DNA of 64,000 nucleotides from Patescibacteria group bacterium (GTDB lineage Bacteria; Patescibacteriota; Patescibacteriia; SG8-24): NCBI GenBank assembly GCA_034716415.1, contig JAYEJB010000043.1, positions 705 to 64,704 of the forward strand, read 5' to 3'. Shown piece by piece: positions 8,561 to 16,499 of this stretch (position 1 is its first letter; each line of letters starts with the position of its first letter). The notes under the pieces were generated by a model. It saw only the letters and a program-made list of their open reading frames with translations, ran no database searches and was not told where the DNA came from. The position numbers and the translations under genes were made by a program.

Positions 8561-9597
8561 TGCAAAGTGCATGGGAATTTATAAAGAGTATCTTGACAGT
8601 AATTGGCGGCCTGTATGTTCTTCTGCGTGCCGTAAATTTGTTTTTTGGAGAAGTAAAAAAGTTCAATGAAATAAGGGCTCGGTTTTTGGAATGGTTATTG
8701 GGCTTTTTTCGGCACCGAGGACTTGTAAAGGCGGCCGTTGCGAGTGATATCGAACAAAACGTTAATGAAATCGTCAGTGATTTACAGGAGGAGTTGCCAC
8801 TCGGTTGGATATCTCGGACATCAATTAAATGGGTACGTGATGCGAGCGCCGAAACTTTGGGGGACGGGGAAGTGATAATTAGGCTGCGTCCGCTTGAGAG
8901 CCAAGATCTTAATTTCCTAACAGCGCTCAACGTATTTTTTCAGAAGTCAGTTTATCCAAAGCTTAAAACAGTCGTTCCAGAGAATGTATGCAAGGCTGTT
9001 GCTTTGAAGTTGTCACAGAGGACGATCAACGTTAAGAAACCATATCTCGAAGACAAATATAAGGAAGATGTCATGGAGCCAATTGTGCAAAATGATCCCA
9101 GTATCGCTTCATATATTGGTCGATATGAAAAAATTGATGAGAAAGGTTTTTTCACAGGTACGTTCATTCGCGAATCTAGTGAGATTGCGAGGAGGGCACA
9201 ATTCAAGGAATTAAGGAGTAGTATCGATAGTGAATTGGACTCCTTGCTAGAGCATATCGAAGCATTTTCTCAGCAGATATCTCCAGGACAACAAAAAAGA
9301 TCTGAAGAGTTATGGTACAGAGAAGGACCTGAAACTAGTTATGCGTTTTTATTGGTCGCGAATCCGGATCGCGTGGGAAATGCCGAACCATATATTAATC
9401 GTGCCAAGGTTAGGGCTGGTGTTGTTGAACGATTATATGTGTTCGGCGCCAGCGGGCAGGAATCATTTGCTCGGACTGTGATATCAATGATTGCAGCTTT
9501 GCCCGAATATGAACTGAAGGAGGTGTTTCAGCTATACCGTGATTATCGGGGTAATTTGGGTGGGATTGGTGCACTGTTAGTTTCTAGGAAGAAGTAA
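8557..9597 (+). CDS. hypothetical protein with an N-terminal TM anchor and a ~310-aa soluble domain
   Basis: 346 aa with one hydrophobic helix at ~8-30. It is translationally coupled to 8291..8560 and AT-rich. No family recognised. Confidence 0.5.
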   Translation: MMQSAWEFIKSILTVIGGLYVLLRAVNLFFGEVKKFNEIRARFLEWLLGFFRHRGLVKAAVASDIEQNVNEIVSDLQEELPLGWISRTSIKWVRDASAETLGDGEVIIRLRPLESQDLNFLTALNVFFQKSVYPKLKTVVPENVCKAVALKLSQRTINVKKPYLEDKYKEDVMEPIVQNDPSIASYIGRYEKIDEKGFFTGTFIRESSEIARRAQFKELRSSIDSELDSLLEHIEAFSQQISPGQQKRSEELWYREGPETSYAFLLVANPDRVGNAEPYINRAKVRAGVVERLYVFGASGQESFARTVISMIAALPEYELKEVFQLYRDYRGNLGGIGALLVSRKK

Positions 9598-9857
9598 CGA
9601 GACTTTGCGTTGCAGTAATGATAAATTCGTCTTCACACAAGAGAGAAGCTCGCGCTTCTCTTCTTTTGTTCCGGTCGTGAGGACATGCCGGACGTAGGCT
9701 TTGTGGTCGAGGCGAGGGACTTTCTTCAGTCCGCTGTCTGCACCTAGTACGCTCTCCATCAGTGATTGATACTTCGCGATTTCCGTATCGAATTTCTTCT
9801 TTGATTAGGTGTCAGGTCTTGAATGTTGGCATTTTTCAAAACGTCCAAACACAAAAT

Positions 9858-9880
9858 AACCGCCTTTCGGCGGTTGTTTT
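9858..9880 (+). terminator. rho-independent terminator (aaccgcc tttc ggcggtt + TTTT), bidirectional in shape
   Basis: 7-bp GC stem with a U-run after it and an A-run before it. Confidence 0.5.
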
Positions 9881-9978
9881 GACGTGGTAGCCCATAGTAG
9901 TGTGAATTGGAACACCTTGATAGGGGAGGTGGGGAGGTGGTTTGGGGAGTTGGTGGTGCGACAATGTTAGTGCGATTC

Positions 9979-10043
9979 GGGGCCGTGTCTTTAATCTTTA
10001 GTTTTTGGGTGGTATCGCTGGATTAAAGACACGGTCCGGTCCC
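9979..10043. repeat. ~65-nt imperfect palindrome (hairpin repeat family 3), copy 2
   Basis: ggggccgtgtctttaatctttagtttttgggtggtatcgctggattaaagacacggtccggtccc. Shares the ctttaatctttagttttt core and gattaaagac arms with copy 1. Confidence 0.6.
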
Positions 10044-10051
10044 ATTTCGAT

Positions 10052-10083
10052 AAAAAATACCACTCTCGTGAGTGGTATTTTTT
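10052..10083 (-). terminator. rho-independent terminator downstream of fmt (ataccactc tcgt gagtggtat flanked by A/T runs)
   Basis: 9-bp stem. The U-run on the minus strand is supplied by the aaaaaa at 10052-10057. Confidence 0.55.
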
Positions 10084-10090
10084 AGCTGAC

Positions 10091-11041
10091 TTAAGCCAAA
10101 ATATCAGGATAGCCGCGTAGGAAGGCGTCGCCTGACATGGGGCGGCGGCCGTCGGGTTGGACCTCCAGCAGTTTCAGCGCGCCGCGCTCGGCCGCGATGA
10201 TCGGGAAGCCGTCCTTCGAGACAGCGATCTGCCCGGGCTTCATGCCCTGCTCGGGTTTGGAGACCGCTTCGGCCCAGAGTATCTTCAGGCGTAGTTCGCC
10301 GTCTTTCCTGGCGAGAGTCGTGCAAGTGCCTGGCCAGGGCGTGAACGCGCGTACTCTGCGTTCCATGCTCTCCGCCCCTTCTGCGGTCCAGTCGATCAGG
10401 CCGTCTTTCTTTTTGAGGATCTTCGTGTAGGTGGCGCTGTCGTGGTCCTGTTCGTGTGCTTCGAGCTCACCCGCGATGAACTTCAGCAGGTCTTCGACGA
10501 TGAGTTGCGCCGCCGAGTCCGCCAGTTTGTCCAGGAGCGACGGATAATCGTCTTCCGGATCGATCTCCACGACCAGCTTCGACAACAGCGGTCCATGATC
10601 CATCTTCTCGTCCATCACCATCAGCGTGACGCCGGTCGCGCCATCTCCCTCAAGTATAGCGGTCTGTATCGGCGAGGCGCCGCGATGTTTCGGCAGGAGC
10701 GAGCCGTGCAGGTTCAGCGCCCCCCTCTTCGGAATATCAAGGATCACTTTCGGGATAATCTGTCCGTAGGCGGCCACGACAAAGACATCCGCGTCGAGCT
10801 CCTTCAGCTCGTCGACCGCCCCGCCTTTCTTGAGCGATTCAGGCTGCAGCAGAGTCAGACCGAGCTCGCGCGCCACACCAGCGACCGGAGACGTCTTCAT
10901 CTCGCCTTTCCTTCCGGCTGGACGATCAGGTTGTGATACCACTGCTGCAACATCAAAAAGCTCCGGCCGGTCGAGCAACGCTCGCAGTGCCGGAACCGCA
11001 AATTCAGATGTCCCGAAATAGATTAAGCGGATGGGGTTCAT
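10091..11041 (-). CDS. fmt: methionyl-tRNA formyltransferase
   Basis: N-terminal IYFGTSEFAVPAL and the formyltransferase core LNLHGSLLPKHRGASPIQ. Classic def-fmt arrangement. Confidence 0.85.
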   Translation of the reverse strand: MNPIRLIYFGTSEFAVPALRALLDRPELFDVAAVVSQPDRPAGRKGEMKTSPVAGVARELGLTLLQPESLKKGGAVDELKELDADVFVVAAYGQIIPKVILDIPKRGALNLHGSLLPKHRGASPIQTAILEGDGATGVTLMVMDEKMDHGPLLSKLVVEIDPEDDYPSLLDKLADSAAQLIVEDLLKFIAGELEAHEQDHDSATYTKILKKKDGLIDWTAEGAESMERRVRAFTPWPGTCTTLARKDGELRLKILWAEAVSKPEQGMKPGQIAVSKDGFPIIAAERGALKLLEVQPDGRRPMSGDAFLRGYPDILA

Positions 11042-11085
11042 GGGGGGTAGTGATGGGGCAAGACGGGGCTCTTTTTCTTGTCATT

Positions 11086-11199
11086 GCGCCCCGCCGACAG
11101 CGGGGTCCCGCCTTCTCTAGATTAGATATATGTGGCGGGAAGGAGCGGAGCGACGCGGCAATCCCGACGGGATTGCTTCGCTTCGCTCGTAATGACAAG
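11086..11199. repeat. MITE-like repeat family 1 copy in the def-fmt spacer
   Basis: cttgtcattgcgccccgccgacagcggggtcccgcc...ggagcggagcgacgcggcaatcccgacgggattgcttcgcttcgctcgtaatgacaag. Confidence 0.6.
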
Positions 11200-11288
11200 A
11201 AGGGGTGAGATGCGGTAGGCGGGGGAGAAGGGGAGAAGAAAGCTTCTATCCCCGCTGACGGCCAGAGGCCGTGTCCCCGCTGTACCCG

Positions 11289-11756
11289 CTATCCCTGCTG
11301 TTCCTTAATTCGATCTATATAAAGGATACCGTCGAGATGGTCCATCTCATGCTGCATGACCCGGGCGAAGAAGCCCTTGGCGACGAACGTCACCTCCCGG
11401 CCGTCGATCGTCAGTGCTTTTACCGTCACTTCGCTGGCGCGGCGTACGATGCCGAACTTGCCGGGAATGGAGAGACAGCCTTCTTCGTATTTGCCCGTCT
11501 TCTTACTGCGTTTGGTGAATTCCGGATTCACGAGCGCGATCGGACCGTCTTCCGTGTCGGCGACGTAGACGCGTTTACCGACACCGATCTGCGGCGCGGC
11601 GAGCCCGACTCCGTCCTCGACCCGCATCGTCTCGACCATGTCGTCGATCAGGGTCACGAAATCCGCGCTCCCGAGTTCCTTGGGATCGATCTCTGCGGCG
11701 CGCGTCGTCAGCACGTCGTTCTTGTCGTCGATTGTCACGATTTTCCTGATTGCCAT
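11289..11756 (-). CDS. def: peptide deformylase
   Basis: Motifs GVGLAAPQIG, EGCLSIPG and QHEMDHLDG. Confidence 0.85.
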   Translation of the reverse strand: MAIRKIVTIDDKNDVLTTRAAEIDPKELGSADFVTLIDDMVETMRVEDGVGLAAPQIGVGKRVYVADTEDGPIALVNPEFTKRSKKTGKYEEGCLSIPGKFGIVRRASEVTVKALTIDGREVTFVAKGFFARVMQHEMDHLDGILYIDRIKEQQG

Positions 11757-11868
11757 GGTGTTTTTGTTGTTGCGGGTGGAATGCTTTTATGTACGGGATT
11801 GCCGCGGTCGGACTGCGGGCCTCCCTCGCAATGACAAAGGGTGTGAAGGGGAGAGGGAAGGGAAGTCG

Positions 11869-13764
11869 TTATATAGTCTCCGGATTCCTGTCTATTATAT
11901 GGTCTTCCGGTAGGCTGTTCAACAGCTCTCCGACTTTCTGCGGGATCGCTTTGGGTGTCTTGATGGCCACGACGCGCCTGTATGTACCGTCACGAAACGG
12001 ACGTTTAGGCTTCAGCGGACCGGCGACCGAAGTGCCGGAACCGATGAGCGAGCGCTCTGCCTCCATCTTGAACTCCCGCGCGCGGCGTTCGGCCCGATTT
12101 TCGTCATCCTCCCTGATCGTCACCGTTATGAGATTACCTGACGGCGGGTAGCTGGACTTGAATCGGCTCTCGGCCTCTACCCGCATGAATGCGTCGGTGT
12201 CCGCCAGCAGTCGCCGGATTTTGGAGCTTTCCGGATCGACAGTCTGCAATAACAGGTCTGCCCCGCTCGATGCGGCGATATCGCGCATCAGCCGCACCGC
12301 CCTCCATGCGTCTTCCATGACGCGGAATCCGGGGTGGGCCAGTAGTCCGTCCGTGTCGACCGCCACCACACAACCCCAGTCGGTCCCTTCGTAGTCATTC
12401 TCGGCCGCGTCATGCAGCAGGAGCCGTGTCCCGACGTAGATGTCGGCGTCTCCCGGCAGGGCACCGCTCCCGTCAGACGGGACAGATTCGGAATCGTGTC
12501 GGCAGACTCTGGCGTCCGGGAACATCCGGTCCAGTGCGTCAGCGACTGAGGTCGTGCCCATGCCGACTGGTCGGAGCGTCGTTCCGCCGCATTTGGCGCA
12601 ACGGTCAGGTGCTTGCCGTTTGGTATCGCAACGCCGGCAGTGCAGTGTTTCATCGGTGAAAGATTCCGCTATACCGCAACGATCGCAGCGGAATACCTGT
12701 CCGCAATCAGCGCAGGCGAGCGCGCCCGCCGAACCTTTGCGGTTAAGGAACATTAGCACTTTTTTGCCCTGATGTAAAGAGTCGCGAATACGCTCGACGG
12801 CTACCGGGGACAGGGGATTATCCCGCCCAAGCGGATTGCCTGAAACATCAACAAGACTAGCTCCTAAGCTCCTTAGCTCCTTAGCTCCTAAGCTTTCCGT
12901 ATAGTCGAATTCACCCGCCTTCACCTTCGCGTACTCTTCAAGTCGCGGTGCGTGCGACATGAAGACCACGTCCGCACCGGAGTGTTCGGCCCGGAAGCGC
13001 GCTACTTCCCGCGCGTCATAACGCGGATTCTGGTCATATTGGCGCAGGTCTCCGCTGTCCGATTCGAGCAAGAGGAACAATCCTGGGTTCCTGATCGGAG
13101 CGAACACGGCAGGGCGGCCGCCTACGACGATGACCTGCTCTCGAGCGAGGATATCCCCCCAGGCGCGGCGCAGTTTGGCGTCAGCGGTCCGACCGCTGAC
13201 GCGGATGATCGGTATTTCCTTGAATTTCCTTTCGAGCTTCGCCGCGATATCATCAACCTCCCCGACATGCGGCGTGACGATTACCGCGCTACGACTCTCT
13301 TCGATCGTCTTTTGTATCACCCGCACGGTTTCCTCAAGCTTTTCACTCGGGCTAGCGTATCTAATGACGGACCTCTGTTTTTTTCTATTATAACTTTCTG
13401 ACTCTCTCACTTTCTCACTTTCTAACTCTCTCACGACCAGTGTCTTCGGTGTCCGTGGCAGGAACGCCTTCAGTGCCGTTGCCGGTGCCACGAAATATCT
13501 CGCCGCCATCCATTCGGGAAGGCGCGTCAAATCTTCTCCCAATGCATGCAGATCACCGAGTCCCAGTATCTCCTTGATCGATTTCGCGTCGATTTCCGGC
13601 TTCTCGTTCGCCTTTATGACCAGGCCATCTACGGGACGACCGCGCCAGGGGACCACGATCCAACTGCCGCGTTTCACAAAATCGCGATACTCATCAGGTA
13701 TCGCGTAGTCGAACGCCCTGAGCGTCCTCGGCAGTTTTACGGCAGGGATGACTTTGGCGAACAT
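11869..13764 (-). CDS. priA: primosomal protein N' (PriA) homologue with degenerate ATPase motifs
   Basis: N-terminal 3'-DNA-binding-like region and the Cys-rich zinc region CADCGQVFRCDRCG...HCRRCD...CAKCGG. Motif Ia is conserved (AVIVTPHVGEV). The Walker A, Walker B and arginine-finger positions are not conserved (see findings). Confidence 0.7.
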   Translation of the reverse strand: MFAKVIPAVKLPRTLRAFDYAIPDEYRDFVKRGSWIVVPWRGRPVDGLVIKANEKPEIDAKSIKEILGLGDLHALGEDLTRLPEWMAARYFVAPATALKAFLPRTPKTLVVRELESEKVRESESYNRKKQRSVIRYASPSEKLEETVRVIQKTIEESRSAVIVTPHVGEVDDIAAKLERKFKEIPIIRVSGRTADAKLRRAWGDILAREQVIVVGGRPAVFAPIRNPGLFLLLESDSGDLRQYDQNPRYDAREVARFRAEHSGADVVFMSHAPRLEEYAKVKAGEFDYTESLGAKELRSLGASLVDVSGNPLGRDNPLSPVAVERIRDSLHQGKKVLMFLNRKGSAGALACADCGQVFRCDRCGIAESFTDETLHCRRCDTKRQAPDRCAKCGGTTLRPVGMGTTSVADALDRMFPDARVCRHDSESVPSDGSGALPGDADIYVGTRLLLHDAAENDYEGTDWGCVVAVDTDGLLAHPGFRVMEDAWRAVRLMRDIAASSGADLLLQTVDPESSKIRRLLADTDAFMRVEAESRFKSSYPPSGNLITVTIREDDENRAERRAREFKMEAERSLIGSGTSVAGPLKPKRPFRDGTYRRVVAIKTPKAIPQKVGELLNSLPEDHIIDRNPETI

Positions 13765-13886
13765 GGTGTTGGGTAAGTACGGAAGTCTAGAAGAATATCT
13801 CCTGTACCCCCATATTCCTATACTCCTGTACTTATTTCAAACTAAAAACGCCCTCCGTCCAGAAAGGCGCCTCATCAGTAACGCAA

Positions 13887-14702
13887 TCACGACACGCGGA
13901 TCGAGGCGACCAGATAGCCCACGCCGAGCGGTTTTTCGTAGGAAAGGATCTCTGCCTCGTGGTGTACGCCATCCAGCACGCCGAACATCATCGCGAGAGC
14001 CCTGGCGCTGCAGGTGCTCGCCTCTTCCATCCAGGCCTCGTCGATATCGAGGATGCCTACCGGGTTATGTTCGCGCAGTACCTCGATGACCTTCTCGTCG
14101 AACGCTACTCCTTTGGGCGACAGGCCATCCGGAGATTTTTCGCTGACCCGATGCGACAGGTCGGCTGACGCCACCACCGCGATACGCTCGGTCGACTTTA
14201 TGATCTCTCCTTTCATCTTCTTGCCGAATTCGTAATGCGTTTTCAAGTCCATCTTCGAAGATGGCACGATCGGAATCACATTGATGTCCTTCACGTGCTG
14301 AGTGAGATAGTAGAGCGGTACGGAAGTGCCGTAGTCGAGTTCATCCTGGCTGTTCATCGCCATTTGAAGGTCGCTCGTCTTGAAATCCTCCCGCAGACGG
14401 TCCATCAGCATCATTGCCGGCTTCCATTCCATCTTCGTCACGAGGTCGCCGAACTCCTCGAAGTTCGAGACATATTTGGCGTTCATGTTGATGGTGATGG
14501 CATCGGGGAGCGTGTCGCCGTGCGGGGAGATGACGATCAGCACGTCGGGTTGGGCGATATACAAATCCTGCTCCAGCCGTTCCATGGCGGATTTGGTGCT
14601 CTTGATGATATCGAGGCCACCCTTGCCGATACTTGGGATGAGTACTGGGGTGTGGGCGGCAATGGCCGTGAATACGAGAGCCATACTCCTATATTTTACC
14701 AT
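13887..14702 (-). CDS. Memo-like / class III extradiol dioxygenase (LigB) superfamily protein
   Basis: 271 aa with SPHGDT, ASADLSHRVS and DGVHHE motifs placed as in the AmmeMemoRadiSam-B/LigB fold. Assignment is from memory. Confidence 0.4.
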   Translation of the reverse strand: MVKYRSMALVFTAIAAHTPVLIPSIGKGGLDIIKSTKSAMERLEQDLYIAQPDVLIVISPHGDTLPDAITINMNAKYVSNFEEFGDLVTKMEWKPAMMLMDRLREDFKTSDLQMAMNSQDELDYGTSVPLYYLTQHVKDINVIPIVPSSKMDLKTHYEFGKKMKGEIIKSTERIAVVASADLSHRVSEKSPDGLSPKGVAFDEKVIEVLREHNPVGILDIDEAWMEEASTCSARALAMMFGVLDGVHHEAEILSYEKPLGVGYLVASIRVS

Positions 14703-14749
14703 TTCTCTAAAGGGTTGGCGACCCTGATAAGGCGGATTTTACTCTATTC

Positions 14750-14779
14750 TTGACAAGAAGGCAAAAAAAGCGGTAAATT
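14750..14779 (+). promoter_or_regulatory. sigma70-like promoter TTGACA-N18-TAAATT upstream of the small-protein cassette
   Basis: ttgaca agaaggcaaaaaaagcgg taaatt, followed ~85 nt later by the SD aaggaggag and an ATG. Confidence 0.4.
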
Positions 14780-14866
14780 AAGCTACCGGGAAGGCTTAAA
14801 GTCGTCCCAAAATCGTACTTTGAATTTGATTTCCGCAGGCGGTGTCCTGCAAGGAAGGAGAAGACG

Positions 14867-15085
14867 ATGTTGAAGGCTATTGTAGCCTGGATCTTCACTT
14901 GGATCTTTCAGAAGCTCATCATGAAGTACATCTGGGGCTTCGCTCTGAAGGTCATCAAGAAGATCGTCGACTGGATCTTCAAGCCCAAGCCGAAGAAGAA
15001 CGGACGAGGTATCGTCTGGCGGCTCATCGATCTCGTCGTGCGGCTCGCCAAGTGGATTCGGGACATCTTCAGGCGCCGGCGCTAG
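14867..15085 (+). CDS. small Trp-rich cationic amphipathic repeat protein (72 aa)
   Basis: Strong SD (aggaaggagaag, 6 nt before ATG). Four imperfect KxIVxWIF-like repeats and an RRRR C-terminus. Confidence 0.45.
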   Translation: MLKAIVAWIFTWIFQKLIMKYIWGFALKVIKKIVDWIFKPKPKKNGRGIVWRLIDLVVRLAKWIRDIFRRRR

Positions 15086-15111
15086 CGGCCCACCGAGGGA
15101 GGAGATAAGAG

Positions 15112-15366
15112 ATGGATTCTGTCATTCAATTCGTCGTTTCCCACTGGTGGGGCATTCTGATCGTCGCCGTTTCGCTCTTCTGGTCGGTGCCGACGATGTT
15201 CGTCGGCGGGAAACTGCACCTCAAGAAGTGGGGTGAGTATCGCATGGGGAAGCGCAAAGGCGGCTTCATCAAGCGATTCGCCGACTACGGCTTCGGGTGG
15301 ATCCTCGGTCTGATATGGCCGCTGACGATCGCACTCGTCATCCGCAAGTCGAAAAAAGACGCATAG
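15112..15366 (+). CDS. small membrane protein (84 aa, 2 TM)
   Basis: SD gagggaggag before the ATG. Two hydrophobic helices separated by a basic loop. Confidence 0.45.
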   Translation: MDSVIQFVVSHWWGILIVAVSLFWSVPTMFVGGKLHLKKWGEYRMGKRKGGFIKRFADYGFGWILGLIWPLTIALVIRKSKKDA

Positions 15367-15471
15367 GTATCGGCCAAAGACACAGGGCGCAACGCGCCCT
15401 CTTTTTTATCGAAGCTCGCCGAGAATCACCCGAAGCTTTACGCGAAGGGTGATAGCGACTGGAGAAGCGAG

Positions 15472-15759
15472 ATGGAGATATACACCAGGATCGCCGCGGG
15501 AATCGGCGGGTTACTGCTCGTTGGACTGATGTGTTACGGGATCATCAGGACAGCCACCAACTATGCCGTGTCCCATGACGATCCTCAAAAGTGGAAACGA
15601 TTCGCGGGATCATGGTCCGGCGCGTTTGCCATGGTGGGTTCGTTCCTACTGGTGGCGCTGGTTCCCGCGTTCGGCATCTTCATTGTGGCGGTACTGCCAC
15701 TCGTAGAGGATGCCATGGCGGCGTTCGCTAAGGATTCAGCTGGTGAAGTGTCGGAATAA
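15472..15759 (+). CDS. small membrane protein (95 aa, 2-3 TM)
   Basis: Hydrophobic helices. Same strand as lexA and immediately upstream of it. Confidence 0.4.
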   Translation: MEIYTRIAAGIGGLLLVGLMCYGIIRTATNYAVSHDDPQKWKRFAGSWSGAFAMVGSFLLVALVPAFGIFIVAVLPLVEDAMAAFAKDSAGEVSE

Positions 15760-15863
15760 AGAGTGTTTATGCGCTCTTTTTTGTTTATCCATAGGGGGTA
15801 CTTGCCGTTCGGTTTTTGTTCGGGTATACTTTGGATAGTGAAAGACGAGCTGTGGATAAACAT

Positions 15864-16487
15864 ATGACGCCAACAGATAAATTAACCAAGAAACAGACGC
15901 AGGTACTCGAGTTCGTGACTGAGTATATCCGCGATAATGGCTACGCGCCGTCGTACCGGGAAATCGGGGAAGCGCTCGGTGTATCATCGACTGCGACCGT
16001 GCACGAGCATATCAAGAATCTGGAGCAGAAAGGGTATCTGTCAGGGGAGGGGAGCTCGGCGCGCGGTCTGGAGGTGGACGAGGCGATCATGCGCGCAGCT
16101 GAGGGATTTTCCTTGCCGCTCATGGGGCTGATAACCGCGGGCGAACCCATTGAGGCTGTCGAGGAGGGGGAGGAGGTCGAAGTGCCGTCTTCGCTCGTCG
16201 GGAAGCCGGGGGAGACGTATGTGTTGCGGGTGAAAGGGGAGTCGATGATTGAAGACGGGATTCTTTCTGGAGATTATGTGATTGTTGAGCGGAATCCGTC
16301 ACCTAGGAATGGAGAGATAGTTGTGGCTTTGCTGGAGAACACGTACGCAACGTTGAAACGGTTGTATAAGGAGAAGGGAAAGATTCGGTTACAGCCAGCC
16401 AACAGCACCATGAAGCCGATATACGTGAAGTCTGTGGATGTTCAGGGAGTCGTGCGAGGGGTGATTCGAAATTACAGATCAGTTTAA
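15864..16487 (+). CDS. lexA: LexA repressor (S24 peptidase)
   Basis: N-terminal wHTH (LTKKQTQVLEFVTEYIRDNGYAPSYREIGEALGVSSTATVHEHIKNLEQKGYL). C-terminal S24 domain with GESMIEDGI and a catalytic Lys region. The ATG at 15864 is preferred over the TTG at 15816. Confidence 0.8.
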   Translation: MTPTDKLTKKQTQVLEFVTEYIRDNGYAPSYREIGEALGVSSTATVHEHIKNLEQKGYLSGEGSSARGLEVDEAIMRAAEGFSLPLMGLITAGEPIEAVEEGEEVEVPSSLVGKPGETYVLRVKGESMIEDGILSGDYVIVERNPSPRNGEIVVALLENTYATLKRLYKEKGKIRLQPANSTMKPIYVKSVDVQGVVRGVIRNYRSV

Positions 16488-16499
16488 TCAATAAATTGT

